From positions 1,195 through 65,194 of the forward strand of contig CAAGMZ010000018.1 in the NCBI GenBank assembly GCA_900771195.1: a DNA stretch of 64,000 nt. Direction: 5' to 3'. Made by a program: the position numbers and the translations under genes. The DNA is from Lachnospiraceae bacterium (GTDB taxonomy: Bacteria > Bacillota > Clostridia > Lachnospirales > Lachnospiraceae). Below are positions 50,474-60,819 of this stretch, in pieces; the first letter of the stretch is position 1, and each line of letters begins with the position of its first letter. Under the pieces are notes generated by a model. The model did not search any database, had not been told where the DNA came from, and saw nothing but the letters and a program-made list of their open reading frames with translations.

Positions 50474-51664
50474 TCAAAGAGTATAGATTGCACCCTTTAA
50501 TCTGTCAAGTGCCGTGACAAGCAATTCTCTCGTACATGCAACATTGATACGTTCAAAGCCCTCGCCGCATTTTCCGAATACAGCTCCCGCATCAAGCCAC
50601 AGTCCGGCCCTGTTAACTATCAGGTTCTCAAGCTTATTTTCCGTTAGTCCGAGCTTTCTGAAATCAAGCCATACAAGATATGTTCCTTCCGGTTCAATCA
50701 TTCTTATCTGCGGAAGCTCTTTTGCGATATAGTCCCCAAGGTACGCTATATTTCCTTCAATATATTTTAACATACTCTCATACCACTCGCTGCCATTTTT
50801 GTATGCTGCCTCACATGCCACTATTCCCATGGTGTTGGGCTGACTGTATCCTGCTGCGGCAACCTGATGCCTGAATCTCCTTCGGAGAGTCTGATTCTTT
50901 ATAAATATATTGGATATCTGCAGTCCTGCGATGTTGAATGTCTTGCTTGGCGCAGTACACACAATGCTTATATCAGCCAATTTCCCGTTAAGTCCTGCAA
51001 ATACATGGTGCTTATTTTCCCCATATACAAAATCAGAGTGAATCTCATCACTTACCACAATGCAGTTATTGCGCAGGCAGATATCACCAAGCCTTACCAG
51101 CTCTTCCTCTGTCCACACACGTCCCACCGGATTGTGCGGACTGCACAGAATGTAAAGCCTCACATTGTACTCCTTTATTTTGGCTTCAACATCATCAAAA
51201 TCAAAGAAATATTTACCTTTATCCTCATCAAGGACAAGATTGCTGCTTATGATTTTTCTGTCGTTGTCCCTTATGACTTCACTAAAAGGATAATATACCG
51301 GCTGATTTATCATCACATAATCCCCCGGCTCCGTAAAAGCCCTTACCGCCGCCGCCAGCGCAAATACCACCCCGGGTGTCTCTATGAGCCATTCCCTCTC
51401 AACATGCCAGCCATGCCGGCTCTGCATCCACCCGCTCACGGCTTCAAAATAGCTTTCCCGTCCCTCCGTATATCCGAAAATTCCGTGTTCCGCTCTCTCC
51501 TTAAGCGCATCAATCACATATGATGATGTCATAAAATCCATGTCTGCAACCCAGAATGGAAGCACATTCTCGGGCTTCCCCCGCCTTACGGCAAAATCAT
51601 ACTTAAGGCAGTCCGTATTTTTCCTCTCTATGTGTCTGTCAAAATCAATGTTTTTCTCTGACAT
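50474..51664 (-). CDS. patB: MalY/PatB-family cystathionine beta-lyase / C-S lyase
   Basis: WVADMDF, CSPHNPVGRVW, SDEIH, APSKTFN. Confidence 0.9.
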   Translation of the reverse strand: MSEKNIDFDRHIERKNTDCLKYDFAVRRGKPENVLPFWVADMDFMTSSYVIDALKERAEHGIFGYTEGRESYFEAVSGWMQSRHGWHVEREWLIETPGVVFALAAAVRAFTEPGDYVMINQPVYYPFSEVIRDNDRKIISSNLVLDEDKGKYFFDFDDVEAKIKEYNVRLYILCSPHNPVGRVWTEEELVRLGDICLRNNCIVVSDEIHSDFVYGENKHHVFAGLNGKLADISIVCTAPSKTFNIAGLQISNIFIKNQTLRRRFRHQVAAAGYSQPNTMGIVACEAAYKNGSEWYESMLKYIEGNIAYLGDYIAKELPQIRMIEPEGTYLVWLDFRKLGLTENKLENLIVNRAGLWLDAGAVFGKCGEGFERINVACTRELLVTALDRLKGAIYTL

Positions 51665-51673
51665 GTTGTTCTC

Positions 51674-52834
51674 CTATCTGAAAGCATTTTCAAGGTCACT
51701 AATCAAATCTCCCGAATCCTCAATTCCCACTGAAATCCTCAGAACTCTGTCATTTATCCCATTCTTTTCAAGGACATCCTTAGGCACATCGGCATGAGTC
51801 TGCGTAACCGGATATGTAATCAATGTCTCAACTCCTCCAAGGCTTTCGGCAAAACGGATAAGCTTCACGCTTTTTAACACTTTAAGTGCCAGAGCTTTAC
51901 TGTCCAGCTCCAGTGTTATCATGCTTCCAAAGCCGGATGCCTGTTTCCTGCATATTTCATATCCCGGATTGTCCGGTATCCCCGGATAATACACCTTTAA
52001 TACATGACTGTTATTCTTAAGCCAGCTTACAAGCTCAAAGGCATTGCTCTGTGACTTTTCCATTCTAAGCGGCAGAGTCTTTACGCCCCGTAATATCAGC
52101 CACGAATCAAGCGGGGCAAGTCCGGAACCCACCGTCTTTATTATGAATCTCAGCTTTTCAGCTATTTCTGTCCTCGATGTAACAAGAAATCCTGCAATGG
52201 TATCGTTATGCCCGCCTATAAACTTTGTTCCGCTATGTATGACAACGTCCGCTCCAAGCTTTAGGGGATTCTGAAAGTAGGGTGACATAAAAGTATTATC
52301 CACTATGAGAAGAAGACCAAAACTGTGCGCCAGTTCAGCCATTGCTTTTATGTCTGTAACATTCATCATTGGATTGGTCGGTGTTTCAAAATATATAGCC
52401 TTTGTATTCTCTTTTATATAATCCCCGGGATTTTCTTTGTTAAAATCAATATGACTGAATTCAATGCCATTCTTTTCATTGATGTTGTCGAAAAGTCGAA
52501 TCGTACCGCCATACAAATCCTGATCCGTGATAATATGGTCGCCGGGTCCAAAAATTTCCATAAGAGCGGTAACAGCTGCCATTCCGCTTGAAAAAGCCAC
52601 TGCATCACATCCTCCTTCCAATGAGGCAATCACATTTTCCAACTGCGCTCTTGTGGGATTCTGCAGCCTGCTGTAATCAAAGCCTGTGCTCTTTCCAACC
52701 TCAGGGTGTGCAAATGTTGCTGTCTGGTATATAGGGAAACTGATTGCTCCGCTCTTATCGCAATCCACCCTGCTGCCATCCCCGTACAGACATCGTGTAG
52801 CTATTTTATATTCATTCATCTTATGTTCCTCCAT
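51674..52834 (-). CDS. Cys/Met PLP enzyme (cystathionine gamma-synthase-like)
   Basis: YSRLQNPT, FSSGMAA, ETPTNP, VDNTF, HSGTK, ESLGG. Confidence 0.92.
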   Translation of the reverse strand: MEEHKMNEYKIATRCLYGDGSRVDCDKSGAISFPIYQTATFAHPEVGKSTGFDYSRLQNPTRAQLENVIASLEGGCDAVAFSSGMAAVTALMEIFGPGDHIITDQDLYGGTIRLFDNINEKNGIEFSHIDFNKENPGDYIKENTKAIYFETPTNPMMNVTDIKAMAELAHSFGLLLIVDNTFMSPYFQNPLKLGADVVIHSGTKFIGGHNDTIAGFLVTSRTEIAEKLRFIIKTVGSGLAPLDSWLILRGVKTLPLRMEKSQSNAFELVSWLKNNSHVLKVYYPGIPDNPGYEICRKQASGFGSMITLELDSKALALKVLKSVKLIRFAESLGGVETLITYPVTQTHADVPKDVLEKNGINDRVLRISVGIEDSGDLISDLENAFR

Positions 52835-52839
52835 AATCG

Positions 52840-53982
52840 TTATTTTACGCTCTGTATATACCCGGTTATGAGTGCTGCAAAATACTCTGCCGTTGGTCTG
52901 ATTACTCCGTAGTCCGCCTTGAATTCCGGGTTATGGAGAGGTGCTCCCTTTCCCGTTCCAACCCATATCATCAGCCCTCTGTATTTTTCCTGTATAAAAG
53001 CAAAATCCTCGCCCACCATGGTCTCGTAACCATCTACCGGCTTCAGCCCTGATTTCATGGCTTCATCCCACGCATATTCGGCAAGCCCCGTATCATTGTT
53101 TGTGGCAGGCGGTCCCTGACGCCATTCTATGTCTGCCTTAACGCCATATGCAGCTGCCGTATTTTCTACAACCTCATACATGCGTTTAACGACTTTACCT
53201 CTGACCTCTCTTCCCATTGTCCTTACTGTTCCTTCCAGGAACACCGTGTCCGGTATTACATTCCAGCTTTTACCGCCTTCTATATGCGTTACGCTGACAA
53301 CTGCTTTATCGTAAGGACTTATACTTCGGCTTACGATGCTCTGAATTGATGTCACAATTGCGGAAGCAGCAACTATCGGGTCTATGCCGTTCTGGGGCAT
53401 CGCAGCATGTGTTCCCATACCATTTATCTTAATCCTGAAAATATCTACGGATGACGTTATCGCTCCTGCCTTTATTCCTAATTCTCCTGCCAAAAGCAGT
53501 GGACTCGAATGAAGTGAAAACACTGCCTTTGCATCTCCCAGCGCGTCAGCTTCAAGTACCTCCTTTGCTCCGAAGCCGCTTTCCTCTGCCGGCTGAAACA
53601 ATATTCTTACATTCCCGGCAAGCCTTTCCCTGTTATGATTAAGCAGCCTTGCTGTCTCAATTGCCACACTTGTGTGTATGTCATGCCCACAGGCATGCAT
53701 GACTCCTTTATTCTGTGACATGTATGTAAGTCCTGTCTGTTCTTCAACAGGCAGAGCATCGATATCCGCACGCATCGCCACTGTTATACTGCTATCCTGT
53801 ACACTGTCTCCGTTAATCTCAACCACCAGACCGGTCTTAAATGGCATATCAAGGACCTTTATACCTTCCTTTAACATAATGTCCTTAATGTATGCAGTAG
53901 TATTCTCCTCCCTGTATGACAACTCCGGATGACTGTGAAGGTATTTAAAGATTTCCTCTATTTCTCCTGTAGCATAGTTCAT
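52840..53982 (-). CDS. M20D amidohydrolase (N-acyl-amino acid deacylase-like)
   Basis: HPEL, RADIDALP, MHACGHD, FQPAEE, EDF, LHNP. Confidence 0.92.
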   Translation of the reverse strand: MNYATGEIEEIFKYLHSHPELSYREENTTAYIKDIMLKEGIKVLDMPFKTGLVVEINGDSVQDSSITVAMRADIDALPVEEQTGLTYMSQNKGVMHACGHDIHTSVAIETARLLNHNRERLAGNVRILFQPAEESGFGAKEVLEADALGDAKAVFSLHSSPLLLAGELGIKAGAITSSVDIFRIKINGMGTHAAMPQNGIDPIVAASAIVTSIQSIVSRSISPYDKAVVSVTHIEGGKSWNVIPDTVFLEGTVRTMGREVRGKVVKRMYEVVENTAAAYGVKADIEWRQGPPATNNDTGLAEYAWDEAMKSGLKPVDGYETMVGEDFAFIQEKYRGLMIWVGTGKGAPLHNPEFKADYGVIRPTAEYFAALITGYIQSVK

Positions 53983-54002
53983 ATTTCTTCACCTCGGAAA
54001 TA

Positions 54003-54027
54003 TATTCCTACTATTTCTCTCGGAATA
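54003..54027. promoter_or_regulatory. Rrf2/CymR-like operator
   Basis: TATTCC-TACTATTTCTCTC-GGAATA inverted repeat just downstream of the promoter of a Cys/Met operon. Confidence 0.55.
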
Positions 54028-54041
54028 ATATACTTGTATGA

Positions 54042-54070
54042 ATTATAGTAGTAAAAAAACACAATGTCAA
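54042..54070 (-). promoter_or_regulatory. Consensus sigmaA promoter
   Basis: TTGACA-17-TATAAT on minus strand. Confidence 0.8.
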
Positions 54071-54088
54071 CCTTTATTTTTAAATATA

Positions 54089-54128
54089 AAAAAGCTGCTC
54101 CGGGCATTTCTGTCCGAAACAGCTTTTT
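54089..54128 (-). terminator. Intrinsic terminator after the GH130 gene
   Basis: aaaaagctg...cagcttttt. Confidence 0.7.
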
Positions 54129-54151
54129 AAAACAGCATGGTAAAAAGCAAA

Positions 54152-55333
54152 TTATTTTTCTACATTCTTAAGAAGCTCCAGGTTCCTGTCGATGAGTTCG
54201 CATCTCTGCTTTACGCAGTCTACAGACCTTCCCGGATCCTTAGGAGTATTAAATACATAATCAATAAGCTTATCAATCGTAGTTGTAGCTACATGCAGTC
54301 TAGTATCAGATGATGCATAATAAATGAATACCTCGCCATTCTCATTGGCAATAGCTCCGTTGGTGAATACAACATTGCTTACATCTCCTACGCGCTCCTT
54401 GCCTCTGGGGCCGATAAGAAGACCTGAAGGCTCTGCAATAACTTTTGAAGGATCATTGAGGTCCGTTGCAAATGCATAAATTACATATCTGAGACCTGCG
54501 GCTGTATTTCTTACGCCGTGAGCAATATGAATCCATCCTCTGTCAGTCTTGATAGGTGTAGCTCCGGCACCATTCTTAGCCTCTGTTATCGTGTGATACT
54601 TGCGAAGGCTTGTCATCTTCTCCTCGTCGATAACTGCATGTGTTATATCATCGCAAAGGCCAAAGCCGATTCCGCTTCCGCTTCCGGTATCGATGAAATC
54701 ATCCATAGGTCTTGTATAAAATGCATACTTTCCGTTTACAAATTCAGGATGAAGTACAACATTCCTCTGCTGAGGGGATCTGAGTGTGACAAGGTTGGGA
54801 AGACGCTCCCATGTCTTAAGATCCTTTGTACGCACAATTCCGGCTGCAGCAACAGCTGCTGAAAGGTCATTTACTGATGTATCCTTACTCTCTGAGCAGA
54901 ATGTGCCGTAAATGTAGCCATCCTCATGCTTCGTGAGACGCATATCGTAAACATTGGTCTCTTCCGGACAAATATCGTCAAGAAGAATGGGATGATCCCA
55001 GAAACGGAAATTATCTACACCATTGTCGCTCTCTGCAACTCCAAAAAATGACTTTCTGTCATTGCCCTCAATTCTGGCAATAAGATAATATTTGCCATTA
55101 AGCTCAATAGCTCCTGAATTCATTACCGCATTGATACCGAGGCGCTCCATAAAATAAGGATTAGTCTCCTCGTTAAGATCATAACGCCATGTGAGCGGTA
55201 TATGCTCTCTGGTAAGAACGGGATATTCATATCTGTCAAATACTCCGTTGTAGAAAGAACTCTTGTTGTTCTTTCTTGAAAGCAGCTTATCCTGCTTTGC
55301 CTTTTCCACATAGTACCTGCTGTGAATTTTCAT
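54152..55333 (-). CDS. GH130 4-O-beta-D-mannosyl-D-glucose phosphorylase
   Basis: [56 protein letters not shown]. Confidence 0.9.
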   Translation of the reverse strand: MKIHSRYYVEKAKQDKLLSRKNNKSSFYNGVFDRYEYPVLTREHIPLTWRYDLNEETNPYFMERLGINAVMNSGAIELNGKYYLIARIEGNDRKSFFGVAESDNGVDNFRFWDHPILLDDICPEETNVYDMRLTKHEDGYIYGTFCSESKDTSVNDLSAAVAAAGIVRTKDLKTWERLPNLVTLRSPQQRNVVLHPEFVNGKYAFYTRPMDDFIDTGSGSGIGFGLCDDITHAVIDEEKMTSLRKYHTITEAKNGAGATPIKTDRGWIHIAHGVRNTAAGLRYVIYAFATDLNDPSKVIAEPSGLLIGPRGKERVGDVSNVVFTNGAIANENGEVFIYYASSDTRLHVATTTIDKLIDYVFNTPKDPGRSVDCVKQRCELIDRNLELLKNVEK

Positions 55334-55360
55334 TTAATCCTCCTAAACTATATACATATA

Positions 55361-55434
55361 TATGCGGTCACTCTGATACCGGGCCTGTGTTGCCCTGCTT
55401 CCGGGGCAATGACATCCGGTATCATGACCGCATA
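55361..55434. other. Long nested intercistronic stem-loop
   Basis: tatgcggtca/tgaccgcata, gataccgg/ccggtatc and ttgccc/gggcaa arms. Confidence 0.7.
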
Positions 55435-55472
55435 AATTATACCATGATAAAATTAATAATCAAGTAAAATAA

Positions 55473-56366
55473 TTAACCCTTGACAGCACCTGCTGCAACA
55501 CCCTGATATATCTGCTTCTGACAGAGAATGAAGATAATCAGTGCAGGAATAAGTGAAATAATTACCGCTGCGCATATCAGGTTGTACTTACTACCCATCG
55601 GGCCTACAAATTTATACAACGCTGTTGATACCGTACAGAATTTGGTCTTATCCTGAAGATAAAGGTTAGCATTGTAGTACTCGTTGTAGGTATTGGTTCC
55701 CTTAAGGATTATACATGTTACGATTGCGGGCTTAAGCACGGGAAGCAATATCTTACGGTAAATCGTAAAATACGAGGCTCCGTCGATAATTGCCGATTCA
55801 TCCAGCGATACTGAAATATTCTCAAAGAACTGAATAAACAGATAAATCGATATTACGTCCGTACCCATCATCATGATGATATAACCATAAAGTGTATTGA
55901 TAAAGTGAAGATTATCCATAATCTTATACACTGCAACCTGCATGGCGATACCGGGGATAAGTGCTGCAAATGTGAAAAGTCCTCTTATGAAGCCGTTTCC
56001 CTTAAATTTAAATCTGTCAAGAACATAAGCAAGCATTGTACCTACCAGCACTGAGCCCAGCACAACAAATACAAGTACTATAGCTGAGTTTCTGAAAGCT
56101 GAGAGCATCTTGGCATTAACGAATACCTTCTTAAAGTTCTGGAAATTAAGCCAGCTTTCAGGCATTACCATTACGCTGGTGCTCTGATACTCTGCATCGG
56201 TCTTAAATGCCGTAACCACGCACGAAACAATAGGTACTACAGCACAAAGTGAAAAGAATACAAGTGAAAAATACTTGATAACAATCCATATTACTTCGCC
56301 GACTGTATAATGCTTTTTTCTCTTTTTTATTACAATTCCACTGTTATTCTTAATATTTTTGCTCAT
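55473..56366 (-). CDS. Carbohydrate ABC transporter permease
   Basis: EAA loop DESAIIDGA, VAAGAVKG end. Confidence 0.94.
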   Translation of the reverse strand: MSKNIKNNSGIVIKKRKKHYTVGEVIWIVIKYFSLVFFSLCAVVPIVSCVVTAFKTDAEYQSTSVMVMPESWLNFQNFKKVFVNAKMLSAFRNSAIVLVFVVLGSVLVGTMLAYVLDRFKFKGNGFIRGLFTFAALIPGIAMQVAVYKIMDNLHFINTLYGYIIMMMGTDVISIYLFIQFFENISVSLDESAIIDGASYFTIYRKILLPVLKPAIVTCIILKGTNTYNEYYNANLYLQDKTKFCTVSTALYKFVGPMGSKYNLICAAVIISLIPALIIFILCQKQIYQGVAAGAVKG

Positions 56367-56371
56367 CCAAA

Positions 56372-57373
56372 TCACGCTCCTTTGACTGCTGCAAGTCTCT
56401 GCATCTTCTTATGCTTTTTCTTGGCTGCCTGACTCTCATCATCAACCTCAGCATTTCTGAACGCATACTTGAATACCAACTTCTGAATCAGCGTTACGAT
56501 TAAAATCAGCACCAGCAAAAATACTGCCATTGCAGAAGCGAGACCAACCTTAGGGTTAGAGCCCGTATGAGCAAGATTGTGCATTGTGATGAAATATGTG
56601 CTGGTTCCGTTAGCACCGCCTGTTACAACGAAAGGTGCATCAAAAGCGCTAAGTGAACCGCTGACTGCAAGTATTACATTAAGTGTTACTATAGTCTTGA
56701 TACTCGGTAAAATAATATATCTGAACTGCTGGAATCTGTTAGCTCCATCTATAGTCGCTGCCTCATAAAGTGATGTATCAACCGACATGATTGCTCCCAG
56801 GAACAGTATCATATTCTGTCCAAGATAACGCCATACTGATGTGGATGTGAGCGTCCAGTTATTGATGCTCTTATCACGTAACCACCAGGGGAGTTTATCC
56901 ATATTGAATCCAAACCAGCTGAGTATTGTATCGAATACATATCCTCTTGTGAAAAAGAATTTGAAAATAAATCCGATTGCAATACCATTGATAAGGTAAG
57001 GGAAGAAAATACATCCCTTAAACAGATTTCCGCATTTAACTTTCATGCTTAAAATTGTTGCCAGATAAAGCGCAAGTGCTATCTGTATAACTGCACCGGC
57101 CAGATAATATAAACTCAGCTTAAGAGTTGAAATAATATCTGGTCTGGTAAAGATAGCCTTGTAATTCTCAAGGCCGATAAAAGTTCTGGTTCCTATATAA
57201 CCCATATCATAAAAACTGTACCCTATCATAGCTCCAAACGGAAGATAGGTAAAAACAAAAAGCAACAGGAGCGGAAGTAATGAAAATGTTACTATCACTA
57301 TGCCGCGCTGTGTTTTTCGGCTGCGAACCCATTCTTTGAAGGTTTTTTTGCTTTTTGTGGTTGTCTTTTCCAT
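56372..57373 (-). CDS. Carbohydrate ABC transporter permease
   Basis: FIGLENY, YEAATIDGAN. Confidence 0.94.
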   Translation of the reverse strand: MEKTTTKSKKTFKEWVRSRKTQRGIVIVTFSLLPLLLLFVFTYLPFGAMIGYSFYDMGYIGTRTFIGLENYKAIFTRPDIISTLKLSLYYLAGAVIQIALALYLATILSMKVKCGNLFKGCIFFPYLINGIAIGFIFKFFFTRGYVFDTILSWFGFNMDKLPWWLRDKSINNWTLTSTSVWRYLGQNMILFLGAIMSVDTSLYEAATIDGANRFQQFRYIILPSIKTIVTLNVILAVSGSLSAFDAPFVVTGGANGTSTYFITMHNLAHTGSNPKVGLASAMAVFLLVLILIVTLIQKLVFKYAFRNAEVDDESQAAKKKHKKMQRLAAVKGA

Positions 57374-57424
57374 GCTGTTTCCTCCAACTAAAAAACTCTA
57401 ATTTACAAGGACTTTGCTTAAAAA

Positions 57425-57450
57425 TGGCGAGGGATATGAACCCCTCGCCA
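57425..57450 (-). other. Stem-loop after the SBP gene (mRNA stabiliser/partial terminator)
   Basis: tggcgaggg...ccctcgcca. Confidence 0.6.
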
Positions 57451-57486
57451 CATCAATGAAGAAATCCAATACGAATAACTTATGAA

Positions 57487-58965
57487 TTATTTCTGCTCGA
57501 TGTTGAGTTTCTTCTGAGCGTCAGACCACTTTGTATTCCACTCAGCCATGATATCGTCAAAGCTCTCGCCAGCTGCTGCTGCTTCGATTATCTTCTGAAC
57601 TTTCTCGTTACCTGAGTTAACAATGTTAAGCTCTGTCTCTTTGTTGAGGTCTGAGAGATAGCTCTCCTCTCCCTGAAGAGCTGACTCATCGGGAACGAAT
57701 GTAAGCTTAAGCTCACCAAACTCCTTGTATGTATCAGGATACTGAGCGTCAGCCTTAGTTGTTATAGGAAGTCCACCTTCGTTGTATGAGAATCCAGACT
57801 CATCTGTCATCCACTTAACGAAAATCTCAGCTGCTTTCTGCTTATCCTCTGAAGAGTTCTTGTTGATACCGAACTTGTAGTCAGGTGAAGCAGGTGCGCA
57901 GAACTCGCCATTAACAGAGATAGGGAAAGGCATATATCCGATATCCTGACCATTGTCACCAGCTGCTACCATCTGAGTGAATGACCATGAACCAAGAACC
58001 ATGCATCCGATTTCTCCTCTGTTAAGCATTCCCTTACTGCCTTCCCAGTCGGTTGTTGTGTAATCTTCTTCTGTAAGACCCTTCTGAACTGCATCATAGA
58101 GAATCTTGTAAACATTGTAAGCGCCTGTTCCGTCACCGGGATCAGCGAAAGGCTCAGCTGTATGAACGAGTGTCTGGTTCATATACTTTGAATCGCCTGT
58201 TGCAACATATCCAATGTAATCATCCCATGCGCCCATTGTCCAGCCGGCTGCATAGTTGGTATAAAGCGGTATGCAATCAGGATTGGTATCTTTAATCTTC
58301 TGAAGGTTAGCAAGGAACTCTTCAGGAGTCTTAGCATAATCTGTGATTCCTGCCTCTGAGAATACTCTCTTGTTGTATACAACACCTCTTGTAGCTGCTG
58401 TGCAAGGAATACCATATACCTGGCCTTCCCAAGCTGCATCACTTACATAGTTAGCTGCCTTTGAAACTGAATCAAGATCACCATATGATACGAAATACTG
58501 TGAGTAATCCTTCTTGTTGATTGAAGGGATCATAAGAAGATCGGGAGCATCTGAACCTGAAAGTCTGAGCTGAGCATCCTCGTTGTAGTTAGTGCTTGAT
58601 GAAACTTTAACGGTGATGTTAGGATATACCTTATTGAACTCTGCGATATAACCCTTCCAGTCCATAACGCCGCTGTACTCTTCTCCACTTGCCTCAGTAT
58701 CCATATCGGTTCTGTTGGTGAAGAATGAAATCTCTGCTGTGAGATCCTTCTCTGTCTCTCCAAGTACGATTGAAGCATAATCAAGAGGAGCCTTTGTTAC
58801 GTCTCCGCTTGCGGACGGTGCTGTTGTCTCACCATCAGCCTTTGTCTCAGCCGGTTTTGAAGAGTTGCTGCTACTGCTGCTACTGCTGCTACTGCTTCCG
58901 CATGCTGCAAGTGACAATGCACAAGCTGCTGCAAGACCAGTTGCAATAACCTTTTTCAATTTCAT
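57487..58965 (-). CDS. Sugar ABC substrate-binding lipoprotein
   Basis: LAAC lipobox, poly-Ser linker, VYGIP, VVYNK, MVLGSW. Confidence 0.93.
   Translation of the reverse strand: MKLKKVIATGLAAACALSLAACGSSSSSSSSSSNSSKPAETKADGETTAPSASGDVTKAPLDYASIVLGETEKDLTAEISFFTNRTDMDTEASGEEYSGVMDWKGYIAEFNKVYPNITVKVSSSTNYNEDAQLRLSGSDAPDLLMIPSINKKDYSQYFVSYGDLDSVSKAANYVSDAAWEGQVYGIPCTAATRGVVYNKRVFSEAGITDYAKTPEEFLANLQKIKDTNPDCIPLYTNYAAGWTMGAWDDYIGYVATGDSKYMNQTLVHTAEPFADPGDGTGAYNVYKILYDAVQKGLTEEDYTTTDWEGSKGMLNRGEIGCMVLGSWSFTQMVAAGDNGQDIGYMPFPISVNGEFCAPASPDYKFGINKNSSEDKQKAAEIFVKWMTDESGFSYNEGGLPITTKADAQYPDTYKEFGELKLTFVPDESALQGEESYLSDLNKETELNIVNSGNEKVQKIIEAAAAGESFDDIMAEWNTKWSDAQKKLNIEQK
58867..58896 (-). repeat. 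9-bp repeat encoding a Ser10 linker
   Basis: (gctgctact)x3+gct on the + strand. Confidence 0.85.
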
Positions 58966-59221
58966 TGTTAAATCCTCCTTATATGATTTGTTTACCAAAA
59001 AAGGTTTTTTAGTTTACTGGATTATTATACATCTTGTTCAAATTTTATCATCACTTGTTATTGATATTTATCATATTTTCTTGATTTTTTGGGCATTTTT
59101 GTTTTTTGGGTGTATTTACCAAGATGTTTTTTTGTGCATTTTATCTATATTATTAACGGATATATCAAGTTAAAATTAAATTGTAGCATTTTTAAGTTTA
59201 TTATTTTTTGTGAGGTTATAT

Positions 59222-60139
59222 ATGGCTTTTTCCGATGATTTTTCCGCTTCTTTTTCATCATCACCGATGATAAATTCAGAATTCAATCCCGGAATGCTTA
59301 TTCCGAAGGTATATTCCTATGTCGAACATGATGAAAGCATGGATGGCTGTATCCGTATGGAGGCTTCGGGCAGTGTGCTGATTAAGGATTTTTTTCTTGT
59401 AAAATCCAGAAAGCTTGATTCGTACATGCTCATATTCATCAAGAGCGGAGCCTTGGAGCTGACATATTCCGACAATGTGGTAACCGCCAAATCCGGAAGT
59501 CTTGTGATTTTTGACTGCAACCATAGTTTTTCCATGCGGCCTACTACTATACCCGGTAATTTCAGAATAATTTTTTTCAGAGGGGAAAATTGCCGGATGT
59601 ATGCCAAATTCCTTGGCAGTTCGGCATTCCACAATTTTGAACTGTCGGATTGTTCACCTGTGCTGTCAGATATAAGTACTCTTACATCACTGCCTGTAAA
59701 TTGCACACCGTCAGACACACTCAGAATGCACGGTGCCCTCACATCCATTCTCTGCAGGCTGGCACTTTCCGAGGAAAGAAAAAAGAGTGCAAGCCTTGCA
59801 AGCACTCCCAAATATATTGTCGAAATCAAAAATTATATGGAATCACATTATTCGGAAAAATTCTCACTTGATGAATGTGCAAAGCTTTATGGCGTAAATA
59901 AATACAGAATATGCCGCGATTTCCAGGCTTCCTATGGTGATTCCCCGGTTCACTATCTTAACAGTTACAGATTGGAATGTGCCAAAAAAATGTTGCTCTC
60001 AGATGACCTTAACATTCATGAGATAAGCAGCATGGTTGGCTTTGAAAATGTCAATCACTTCATAAATCTCTTTAAGAAGGCAAACGGTGTCACACCCGGA
60101 ATATTCAGACAGAAGGCTACGGAGAACCGGCTTGTTTAA
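59222..60139 (+). CDS. AraC-family transcriptional regulator
   Basis: C-terminal double HTH: YRLECAKKML...IHEISSMVGFENVNHFINLFKK. Confidence 0.93.
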   Translation: MAFSDDFSASFSSSPMINSEFNPGMLIPKVYSYVEHDESMDGCIRMEASGSVLIKDFFLVKSRKLDSYMLIFIKSGALELTYSDNVVTAKSGSLVIFDCNHSFSMRPTTIPGNFRIIFFRGENCRMYAKFLGSSAFHNFELSDCSPVLSDISTLTSLPVNCTPSDTLRMHGALTSILCRLALSEERKKSASLASTPKYIVEIKNYMESHYSEKFSLDECAKLYGVNKYRICRDFQASYGDSPVHYLNSYRLECAKKMLLSDDLNIHEISSMVGFENVNHFINLFKKANGVTPGIFRQKATENRLV

Positions 60140-60813
60140 TTCTGCTGCTCTTCGTTCTCTGCCGTATCATTTTCATCTTTGTCCCCGCTAAGCCTGTCAA
60201 AAATGCCTATGATAAGCATGGAGTTAAGATATGCGCTTCCCGACACGGCAATCACTGCCCACAGCCACCACACATACACAAATGTCTCCGGCGACACCAT
60301 GAACCATACAGCCGGCACTGCATTGATTACCATAATCACAAGCGTCTTGGGAATATTAGCTATTGCAATTTTTCCTGCATTTGCAAGAGTATTTTTGACA
60401 GTATTCTCAAATCTTGCATATACAGGCCATAATGTGCTGAAATACCCCAATGCGATAACTGCAAGAGCGATACATCCACCGTACATGATTGAGGCAATAG
60501 AATCATTTCCTGCCGCCGAAAGAAGGTGGAAATCTGCCACAAGCACAGCTACCATGGCTATCATTATCAGTGTCATTGGTATACTCTTTTTAAAATTAGC
60601 CGAAAACTGCTTAAAAAAGCTTTTGGTTATTGCACCTTCCTCATCCCGTATCATCTTGAGCGTAAGATAGTACATTGCCGATGTGGAAGCTCCTATTGTA
60701 ATCACCGGTATGCAGCATATAAGCCACATCACATTGATCCACATAAGGTCAAAAAGCTTTGTCATAAAAGCGTTAAAAGGATTGTCCGAACTAAATATTT
60801 TTTTCTTACTCAT
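60136..60813 (-). CDS. DUF624 (YesL-like) membrane protein
   Basis: NVMWLICCIPVITIGAST. Confidence 0.88.
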   Translation of the reverse strand: MSKKKIFSSDNPFNAFMTKLFDLMWINVMWLICCIPVITIGASTSAMYYLTLKMIRDEEGAITKSFFKQFSANFKKSIPMTLIMIAMVAVLVADFHLLSAAGNDSIASIMYGGCIALAVIALGYFSTLWPVYARFENTVKNTLANAGKIAIANIPKTLVIMVINAVPAVWFMVSPETFVYVWWLWAVIAVSGSAYLNSMLIIGIFDRLSGDKDENDTAENEEQQN

Positions 60814-60819
60814 GTCTGC

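Noticed and set aside
53983..54070. SAM riboswitch or T-box upstream of the Cys/Met genes
   Set aside because: Leader is only about 50 nt and lacks the conserved S-box or T-box motifs
58867..58896. Phase-variable repeat in the sugar SBP
   Set aside because: 9-bp unit preserves the frame; ordinary Ser-rich lipoprotein linker
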